From Hyaloraphidium curvatum SAG 235-1 (taxonomy: Eukaryota; Fungi; Monoblepharomycota), in contig JAIVFI010000026.1 in NCBI GenBank assembly GCA_025558095.1, positions 124,001 through 188,000 of the forward strand: a DNA stretch of 64,000 nt, written 5' to 3'. This document shows, piece after piece, positions 21,504 to 31,503 of the stretch. A model generated the notes under the pieces. The model was given only the letters and a program-made list of their open reading frames with translations, did not search any database and was not told where the DNA came from. Each line of letters begins with the position of its first letter. Position 1 is the stretch's first letter. Both the position numbers and the translations under genes were made by a program.

Positions 21504-24500
21504 ATGCGTGTCTCGGCGTGCGCCGCCATCGCGCTCGCGGCGGCGCTGCTCGCGGCGGCCCGGCCGGCCGCTGCCCACTCCTGGATCGTCTGCACGGATT
21601 ATCGCGAAGAGGTGGGCCGCTACGGTGTCCCTCCGTGCCATTGGGGCGGATTCCGACGCGTTCATGCCCTCCGGCCTCGCTCGCCCGGGTCGCCCGGCCT
21701 TCTCATTCCGGTCACCAGAACGGCTACCTCTGGAACCAGACAAAGTGCGCCGCGTGGCCGCGCGATGCCGCAAACTACGTGTACAACAAGCCTTTCGGCG
21801 CGTCGCTCGGCTACAACCAGCAGAGTGGGTCGCGAGCTGCCGGCGGCCGAGTGACCGCGCTGACCGCGTGCCGCTCCGCAGGCCCCGTGTGCAGGCCGAG
21901 AGATGGCGTCACCGACTGGCCCAAGGCGACCTACCGCCCCGGTCAGCGTGTTTGCCTCGTCTGTGGGTCGCGGCCACCCCCGCTCTCTCCACCCGCCCGC
22001 CTGACCCGCGACGTCCAGGGCCCTCGATGAACCACGTCAACTGCAACATCACCGGCTGCAACCAGTGGCTCTGGGACAACGGCAACCACGTCGAAGCGTC
22101 GCCGTACGAGCTGCCCGACCCGCAGGGCGTCTACGGCACCTGGCCCATCAAGGTCGCCGACATGGGCATCTCGTCGCGCGGGTACGCTTTCACCCCCGAG
22201 TTCCCGCGGCCGGGGTTCCAAAACTGCCCCAATTTTGATCCGTCGGGGGTCGGGAGGGTGTTTCCGGTGGGGGACCAGAGCGGCACCGCGTTCTGCTCGA
22301 ACTGCTTCGAGGTGCCGACCAACATGTCCGAAGGCCTCTACGTCTTCAGGTGATGCTCCCCTCCCCCGAACGTGTCCATTTCCTCTAACCGTGACGCCGC
22401 AGATGGCACTGGGAGTTCAACCCTGGCGAACATTACTACTCATGTTGGGACGCCAAGATCGAAGCCGGCACCCCTCCTCCCGCTCCCACCACCTACACCC
22501 TCCCCAGCACCGCCGCCCCAACCACCACGGTCCCGCCTCCCGCGCCTCCACTAGCCACGGGAGCGACCACCACGGCCGCGCCGGCGGCGCCGACGAGCTT
22601 CCCGGCCAGGTTCAGGTGGCTGCAGTACGGCACCTCGGGATCCAGCGTCAACGGGGAGGTCGAGGTGCTCCCGCTGACGCAGTCGCTGAACGGGTTCACC
22701 GTCGTGTTTGACGTTATCCCCGGCTTCACGGTGCGTCGCTCCGCCCGCGGATCCAGAGGGCGAAAAGCTGACCTCTGCGCTCCGCCTCAGATCGCCACCT
22801 CTAGCATATACAACTGCGGCTCCGTCTCGGCCTCGGGCAGCACAATCAGCTGCGTGCTCAACCCCGGCTCCTGGAACGGCCAGATCGCCGTCAACGCCGT
22901 CGGGCGGGCCTTCGGCTTCTGGGCGCAGCGTAGTTTCACGGGTTCCGGCAGCGTGACTTACCTCCGCGAGGCGGCAACCAACTGGCGCCTCGTGATCGGC
23001 GGCGTCACCTACCCGGTGCCGATGGTAGACCCGAACGATCCCCTCGTACCGACGTTGATGCCGTCGGCGACCGCGGGCACTGGGGGCGCGGCGGTGCCGA
23101 CAACCACGGCGGCGGCGGGAGGGACGGCGCCGACGGGGACTGCGTCGGTGCCGCCGATCAGGCCGGGCAAGTTCGTCGGGGTCAGGGGGACCGAGTTCGT
23201 CATCGACGGCTGCCCGTTCTCCTTTGCCGGCGCCGGTGCCTGTGAGCCCTCCGCGATTTAAAGCCTCGCCCGGCAAGATTTCTGACCCGCGTCCCACCGA
23301 CAGACTACTTCAACTACCAGCCCCCCGCGGTCATCGACGCCGCCCTCGACCTCGCCGTAACCTCCAACCTGCGGGTCATCCGCACCTGGGCCTTTCGGGA
23401 GGAAGCCTGGTTGTCCGCCGCGCCGGGCGGCGGCCTGCGTGTGGACAACTCGACGACGAACGGGGTGGGGGTGCTCGATTACGGGATCAAGGCTGCGAGG
23501 GACAGGAACGTGAGGCTGGTCATGGTGCTGACCAACAACTGGAAGGATTTTGGGGGCTGCGACGTGTGGACCGCGGCCTGTGGGTCTCTGCCGATGGCGC
23601 GCTCCTCCGCCGCCGAAAGCTGATCGGATGCGCGCCGGGTAGATGGCGGCACCACCCACGCGGACTTCTACACCCGCACGCAGGTCAAGGAGGCATTCAA
23701 GGGCTATATCGACATCGTCGTCAACCGCGTCAACTCCCTCACCGGCGTCGCGTACAAGGACGACCCGACCATCATGGCTTGGGTGGGCTCGTCTCCTGCG
23801 CGCCTCTCTGCGTCAGCAGCTCACTGCCCGTCGTCCCGCTCAGGAACTAATGAACGAGCCCCGGTGCCAGAACGGCGGCTCGCTGGGCTTCTCGGCCACG
23901 TGCAACGCAGCGACCATCACAGCCTGGGTCGCCGAGATGTCGGCCTACCTCAAGTCGCGCGTGCCGAACCAGCTCGTGGCCGTGGGCGACGAGGGGTTCT
24001 ACAACGGCGCCGGGACGCTGCCGTACGCGTACCAGAACAACGACGGGGTGGATACCGAGGCGTACCTGGCCCTCAGCTCGATCGACTTTGGTTGGCCCCC
24101 TCCTCCGGCGGGCGGCGCCATCCTCGGCTGACTCCGAATCCGCGCCAGGAACCTTCCACATGTATCCCGCCCCCTGGGGCTCCGGCGCCAACGAGGGCCC
24201 GTGGGGCGTCGACTGGATCCGCGCGCACGGCGCGACGGGCCTGCGGTTCGGCAAGCCGATGCTGTTCGAGGAGTACGGGAGCAAGGACCGCACGCAGAGG
24301 GCGGGGTGGTACGCGAGCTGGATGGCCGAGGTGGAGGCGCAGCCGGCGGTGGCGGGGGATCTGTTCTGGATGATCTCGGGAGGGAACTTCCCCGACTGTT
24401 GGTTCGCACCGACTGCGGAGAGATGGGCCGCTGACGATCTTGGTTCGCGACAGACGACGGGTACACGCTCATGGGCGCCGAGGTCACGACCCTCTTTGCC

Positions 24501-25600
24501 GCCCACGGCGCGCGGATGCTCGCCCGCGGGGCGTGCCTCAACACCACCACCACCTCGACGGCGACCCCGGGCCCGACGGCCACCGGCCCGACCACGACTT
24601 GGGAAACGTCCACCTCCCGCTCACGCACCCGCACGTGGACCCGCACGACGACCACGTCCGGCCCGCCCGCGCGACTCTCGTGGCTGCAGTACTCGGCGGG
24701 CACGACCAACGTCAACGGCGAGGTGCGCCTGGAGAACATCGGCACCACCCCGATCGACGGCTACACCGTGACCTGGACCGTCGACCCCGGGTGGGAGGTC
24801 CGCCCCGAGTGGGTGAGCAACTGCGGCACGTTTTCGCCGCCGGCGGGGACCAACAGGACGGCGGTATGCACGGTCAACGCGGGGGCGTGGAACAGCGGGG
24901 TGCCGGTGGGAGGGATCAACAGGCCCATGAACCTGTTCATGCAGAGGATCGGGTCGGGGAACGGGGCGACGTCGTTCCTGAGGCAGGGTGGGTGGCGGCG
25001 TCGCGGCGCAGCTCGTGGCAGATTGCTCATCCGCGACCTGCAGCCGGGTACGACTGGACGGTCATCGTGGGCGGGGTCAGCTACCCGGCCCAGATGGTGG
25101 ACCCCAACGATCCCGGCGGGCCGGCGGGGCCTGCAACCACGGCGGCACCCCCGGCTCCGCCTCCGCCTCCGCCGCCGACCTCGACTCGCGTCACCACGGC
25201 GGTCCCGACGAGCACGCAGGCCCCGACGACGACGCCGGCTCCCACGACCAGGCCGCCGACGACGACCGTGGCGCCGGCGCCTGCGACAACCACCGTTCCC
25301 GCGGCGGTACCCACCACGGAGCAAGCGTCGACCACCCTCCCCCCTCCGATCACCCTCCTCCGCCGCAGCACCACCATTCGCGCCACCACTACCGTCTCTG
25401 CGACGTGCCCCGACCTCTCCCCCACCCGCGTCCCCGGCCCCGCATCTGTGGAATGCGATCTCTTCGCCGCCGACTGCACGCGGTTCGCTGCGGCGTGCTC
25501 GGCTCGTGCGACGGCAGGGGTGCCGGCTGTTTCGGCGGAGCGTTGCGCGTGGCTGGCGGACTTCTGCGCGGGGTTGGCGGCGAGCTGCCCGATAGCTTGA
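21504..25600 (+). CDS. Secreted multimodular polysaccharide-active enzyme: LPMO-like domain, CBM2-like, GH5 beta-mannanase, CBM2-like, Cys-rich tail
   Basis: Signal peptide ending PAAA then His. About 10 introns. GH5_7-like motifs RVIRTWAF, LTNNWKDFGG, YKDDPTIMAW/ELMNEPRC (acid/base), TFHMYP, KPMLFEEYG (nucleophile). Thr/Pro linkers separate the modules. Confidence 0.85.
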
Positions 25601-25989
25601 GCGGGGTTGGACGGGGATGCGGATGAGGCATAGATGGGCATTTGGGCAGTCCGCGGCAATTGGATTGGACTCGGTCAAAAGAGGCTTATGGCGACAATAC
25701 TGTCTTGGGTCGAGCGTCTCCTTGGGTGAAGATCCGTGGTCCATTCTCGGTCGGAGTTTTCGCGATGAGGTTCTGGAGCGCCCAAAGCTTGGCGGGGAGT
25801 CCCTGTATCGCGGACTGAAGGCCGACTGCTAATGCCGGGGCGGGACAGGCGCAAGACCCCGCTGCCGTCGGATTCGTAGGAGGAAGCGTGTGCGGGACAC
25901 TCGCTTTTGACTACTGTCCAATCTTGATTCCAACACGGCGGACATGCAGACACGGCAAACAGTCATCCCACTCCGACCCTCCAAGCCAC

Positions 25990-27202
25990 CTAGTACCCGC
26001 TCGGCAGCTTCCCCTCCTTGGTGAAGCTCTTCTCCGTCCTCGCCCTCAGCCACTCCCCCGCCGTGAGCACCTTGTCCGCCGGCGCCATGGCGTCCCTGCT
26101 CGCGCCGCTGGCATCCTCGCCCAGCATCGGGCTCGGGATCGGGGACAGCGGGACGTCGAAGCCGGGGCGCAGGAAGTAGCCCACCGAGAAGCGCCGGCGC
26201 TCGGCGTTGCCGGGGATGGGGGACGGGACGACGCGGTGCAGCGTGGAGCGGAGGTAGCCCTGCGTCCAGAACTGTTGCGAGCAGGAGAACAAGGTCAGGT
26301 ACCGCGATGCCGACCCGGGACGAACCCCTCACTTGAAGGATGTCGCCCAGGTTCACGATGCACCCGCCCTCGACCGGCGGCACGTCGACCCATTTCCCGC
26401 CGGGCCGCTGGATCTGCAGGCCCCCCGTGCCGTCCTGGAACAGGCACGTCACGCTGCCCCAGTCGGTGTGCGCGCCGATCCGGATGCCGCGCTCGGCCGC
26501 GCTGCGGGGCTGGCCGGGGGTGCCGGATTCGGGGGGGTAGTGCAGGATGCGGAGGGTGTCGCCGCTGGGGACGGGGTAGGCGTGCATGGGGTCGAAGTAG
26601 AGGTGGCCGCCGGCGGACTCGGGGATCCTGTTCCGGGGCGAGGAAGGTCAGAATGGAGCAGGGCGGCGAGTTGGGCGGACTACCCACTCCATGCCCAGCG
26701 CAATGATCCTCAGCAGCCGCCTCCCCAGCTCATGCATCTCTCGGCTGGCCCTCTCGACCAGCGCCTTCTTGCGGTCCAGGATCTCGGGCAGCGGCCGGTC
26801 GCTACCGGGCTCCCCGGGGACGAACTTGGCAAAGTTGAAGAGCTCCTTGTTGTCCGAAATGCCGCTCGGGTCGAGCGTCTGGCCGCCCACGCCCATGTAC
26901 CCGATGTGCTCGTGGCCCATCGTGTACGGTTTCTTCTGGGTATCGAAGTCCGCGCCGAGGTAGTACTCCTCGGCCAGGGCGAACATGCCCTCGAGCGCCT
27001 CCTTGGACACGCCGTGGCCCTTGACGTAGAGGAACCCCGTCTCGGTGGAAGCGTTGAGGACGCGGCGCGCGATCTCGCGGGCCTTGGCGGGGTCCCTCGC
27101 GGGGTCGAAGGCGGCGATGTCGACGAGCGCCAGCGGGAGGTTGTCGCCCGGAGAGGGCGCGGAGACGTGCGCGGCAACCTGCGCGACGCGGGCGGCGGCC
27201 AT
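25990..27202 (-). CDS. 2-oxoglutarate/Fe(II) dioxygenase (IPNS/DIOX-like)
   Basis: [38 protein letters not shown] (HxD), [22 protein letters not shown]. Two introns. Confidence 0.9.
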
Positions 27203-27563
27203 GGCGGCGGAGGAGGGCGCAGTGGCGGAGGGCGGGGCGGCGCGGGAGGAGTCGGCACTCGTGCCCCGGGGCAAAGCGACGCCGCAGCAGACAATAAAGA
27301 CTGCCCGCGGGTCCGCCGGAACGGAGGGCGCGCTGGGGTGGAGCTCAAGAGCTTGGGAGACGCGGAGGCAAGGTGGCCGCGAGCTAAGCAGAGGGTGGGG
27401 GCAAAGCCAGCGCCACCTGGAGGCGTGGACCAGGAGACAGACAGGGTGTGGCAAGGAGCTCGTGTCCCGTCTCGAAGATGCTCGATCCAGGACATGGACT
27501 GGCAAGGATCTGGGTTCCCGCTCTAGATGGTCTATCTCCAAAGAACTACCTCCTTGCCCCGCC

Positions 27564-28884
27564 TCACAGCGTGTGCTTCGCCTTGCCCGTGTAGCCCACG
27601 CTCTGCAGGCTCCTCCGCACCCCCTCCTCGCCCGCCAGCACGCGGTTCCACAGCGGCGACGAGTCCGGCTTGGCCCGCTTCTCGGCCTCGGGGTCGAAGA
27701 AGGGCCGCTCGCCGAGCACCGTTGCACGGTAGCCGGTGCGCACGTGCGGGAAGAAGTCGTTGTGCGCCGAGTGCCAGACGACGCGGTGGTCGAAGATGAC
27801 GACGGTGTTGGGGCCGCCCCACGCGACGCTGAGCTGCGCCTCGTAAGTCTCCTGCAGACGGCGGCGACGATCAGAAGGTGCGGACACTGCGACGACCAGG
27901 CAGCCGGCTACCAACCTTGATGTGGTCGTACAGCAGCTTGAGGATCTTGTCCGACTCGTCCTTGCGCACGCCGGCGATGTGCGAGGTGAAGGTCGGGTTG
28001 ACGTACAGGTACGACCGGCCGGTGATCGGGTGCGTGGCGACCACGGGGTGCTCGACCGGCAGCGGCGCGTCCAGCTCCGTCGAGGCGATGTCGACCGACA
28101 GCGGGAACCGGACCCTGTTGAGCCCGTACCCGGTGACGCCCTTGGTGCTCTGCGGCACGGGGATGCCGAAATCGTGCAGGCGCTGCTTGGTCGCGGTGTA
28201 GCCAAAGGTGTGGAGGCCCGAGTGCACGGCCTTGAGCGACTTGGCGAGCTGCTTGAGCGGCGGCGAGAGCTTGTCGTAGGCCGTCTGCACGTTGACGAAG
28301 TTGGTGTTGCCGCCGACGGGGGGCGTGGTCTCCATGCGCAGGATGCTGCGGGTGTGCGGCAGTGGGCGGCGAGTCCTGCTCGCCGTCGCGGCCGTGCACC
28401 CACGAGATCTTCGGCGGCTCCTCGAGGAACGTCACGTCCGCGTGCCACCCCTCCGCCGTCTGCGCATTGTCCCCGTCCGCGTGCACGACCAGGACCTCGG
28501 GCGAGAAGTCGGCAAACTGCGCGGCATGGTGGACGTGCAGTTTCCCGAAACGCCGGCCGAACTCGAGCTGCTGCTCCACGGTGATGTGCTGGTCGCGGAG
28601 GACGACAACGCCGCGGGTGGCCAGCAGCTGCTCGAGCTCCTTGATGTCTGCGGGGGAGGAGCGCATGAGCCTGAGGTTCGGGCAAACCGGGCGCCGCCGC
28701 CCCCACCATCGTCCGACAGCGCCGGGATCTTGACGCGCGGGTCGAGGATCTCCACGCCGAGGAAGCCGCTCAGGTTCTTCTTCTCCGCCAGGCGCACGCT
28801 GATGGCCGGCTTCGGGCGGGCCGCCGAGGCGGAGGTGGCGCCGAGGGCGGGGAGGTGCGACGAGGGGACGGTCTGGACCGACAT
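27564..28884 (-). CDS. TauD/TfdA family alpha-ketoglutarate-dependent dioxygenase
   Basis: RGVVVLRDQ, GWHADVTFLEEPP (HxD), PPVGGNTNF, EHPVVATHPITGRSYLYVNPTFT, IFDHRVVWHSA. Three introns. Confidence 0.9.
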
Positions 28885-29256
28885 GCCGGGCGTCGCGGGG
28901 GGTGTTTGGCGGGGAGCTTGGGGGTGGAGCAGCGCCGGCGGTCGGAAATGCAACCAAGTTTCGCCGGGAGTGGCCGCGCTTTTGTTTACCGGGTTTCGCG
29001 GCGATTCTCGCGATGGTGCGGTCCGGCCGGCCGGTGGCGCGAGATTGTCGGATGGCGTGATATCCCCGAATCAGCCACACACGCGGTCGCGGGCGGGGTG
29101 CCCCGGCCAGGAAATAACGCACATATACAGGCCAAGCACGTCATCCGACAAAAACCCGCTTCAAAAGGACGACCCCAGCGCCACCGCAACACCACCGAAG
29201 CCCCGAGTCGCCGCCTGCCGCCGCCGCCGCCGGACGCAACACCAGCATCCCGCGCA

Positions 29257-31336
29257 ATGGCAACGTTCCAGAACCCCACCGAGGGCACCGTGCCCGCGGC
29301 CGAGCTACCCGCTGCCGCCGAACTGCCCGTGGTCCCCGTCCTCGACAACGGGGCGGTGGTGCTGCAGGAGAAGAAGGACCCCGACGCCGAGCTCGAAGCG
29401 GGGCCGGGTAGCAAGTTCGATGCGGACCGGTACAGCGACGACACCTACGAGTACGACCTCAAGAACGTCGGTGGGTGGTGGGCCGGCCCGCACGCTTCGG
29501 ATTCGTGCTCATGGACGTCTGCAGACCCCAACACGCCCGGATGGGTGCCCGACCTGACCTGGACCGCGGAGGAGGAGAAGGAGATCCGCAAGCACTTCGA
29601 CTACAGGATCCTGGTGAGTGTGCCACCCGGCATACCCCTCCCGCTGCCTCAGACACCTTCCGCGCCGCAGCCCTTCATCATTTTCCAATTCATTTTCCTC
29701 AACCTCGACCGCTTCAACGTCTCGAACGCCCTCACCGGCGGCCTCATGCAGAGCATCGGCGCCACCCTCGACAACATCAACATGGGCGCCACCCTGCTCC
29801 TCATCGGCTTCTGCGTCTTCGAGATCCCGTCCAACATGATCATCATGAAGGTCGGCGCTCACGTGGGTTCCTCGCGGGCGGGACGTTGTCGTGCGCGCGC
29901 TTACTCCCGTCAACAGCGCTGGCTGCCCTCACTCATGATCGGCTGGGGTCTCGTCTCCACCTTCCAAGCATTCATCACCAACGTCGCCGGCTTCTACGCG
30001 ACCCGCTTTCTCATCGGCGCCTTTGAGGCCGGCTGGATTCCCGGCGTGGTGCGCACCGTCGCATGCGCCTCCACATGCACGCACCCTGATGCACGCTCCC
30101 CCGCAGGTCCTGTACTTCTCGTTCCACTACACCCGCGGCGAGCTCGCCACCCGCCTCGCCATCTTCTGGGGCTGCAACCAGGTCTCGGCCGCCATCTCCG
30201 GCATCCTCGCCTACGGCATCCTGCGCATGAACGGGCTCGCTGGCCTCAAGGGCTGGCAGTGGTGCGTCCCCCTCGCGCCGGTCTTGACACCGCAGTCCTG
30301 ACGATTCTCCCCGCGCAGGCTCTTCCTCCTCGAAGGTGCGGCCACCGTCCTCGTCGGCATCGTCGTGTTCTTCTTCCTGCCCGACCGCCCGTACAACAAC
30401 ACACACCTCACCGAGCGCCAGCGCCAGATTGCCGTCACCCGGCTCATCAAGGACGACCCCCACAAGGGCGGCAACCCCAAGGCTATCGTGCCCCTGGCCG
30501 AAGTCTGGGCGGCGCTGTCGGACTGGAACGTGTACCCCAACCTCATCTTCGCGTTCCTCGTGCAAATCACCACCGCCGGCTACGGACTCTACCTGCCGCT
30601 CATCATCCAGTCGTTCGGCTTCGACGCCTTGCTCTCCAACCTGCTCACCGTGAGTTCGCCGTGCCCGCTCCCGCGCCTGCATCGCGCTGACTCCCTTTCG
30701 CCCCGCAGGTCCCCAACCAAATGTTCGCCTTAGCCATTGGCCTCGCCTCCGGCTTCCTGGCGGATCGGTACAAGACCCGCTGGCCCATCATCCTTTTCGG
30801 CATGGGCGGCCTCATCCTCGGCTACGTGCTCAACCTGGTCGTGCCCGCGTCGACCTCCCGCGCCGGCGCCTACGTCGCATCCATCATCACCGTCGGCTTC
30901 TTCCTTCCCTGGCACGCGGTCAACGCCTCGTGGCAGGCGGCCAACGTTGCGCCCGCGGGCAAGCGCGCGATCATCTTCAGGTGGGCCCGGCTGCCCTCGC
31001 TTCGATCGAACCCTGCTGACCTGATTCGTATCCAGCATGTACATCATCTCGGTCAACATCGCCGGCGCCCTCGGTGTCTGGCTGTACCGCGACGACGACC
31101 GCCCGCTGTTCCGCCGCGCGCTCTCGACCTCGATCGCCATCGTCGCCGTCGCCTTCATCATCGTCGTCCTCCGCCGGTTCCAGCTCGTGTACCTCAACAA
31201 GCTGCGGGACCGCAAGTGGAGCGCACTGTCGCAGGACGAGAAGGAGGAGTACTCGAAGGGCGAGGCGCGCAAGAAGGGCGATCGCTCGCTCAACTTCCGC
31301 TACACCATCGGCGACTGGGGGGAGAAGACCAACTAA
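29257..31336 (+). CDS. MFS transporter, Dal5/allantoate (anion:cation symporter) family
   Basis: WTAEEEKEIRKHFDYRIL, NLDRFNVSNA, FEIPSNM, TRFLIGAFEAGWIPG, GLKGWQWLFLLEG, LNFRYT. Several short introns. Confidence 0.9.
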
Positions 31337-31503
31337 TTGGGCTAGATCTAGAGAGCTGGTAGGCCGGCTGTGTGAGCCTTTGGTCAGCAGATTATTCGAT
31401 CATCGTTTTGGCTCCAGAGTTGGCTTCGGGTCGTTTCGGCGCGGCGGCTGCGCGGCTGTCCCGCCCCGCGGTGGCCGCCAACACGTCCAGTCTCGCTCGC
31501 GAT

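Noticed and set aside
28885-29256. CGG/CCG-rich motifs as Zn2Cys6 binding sites in the divergent promoter
   Set aside because: CGG triplets are ubiquitous at this GC content, and no distinctive repeated site stands out.
29470-29920. Several stop-free 3n introns read through by the ORF track
   Set aside because: Expected for ~55-nt GC-rich introns, so not evidence of regulated retention without RNA data.
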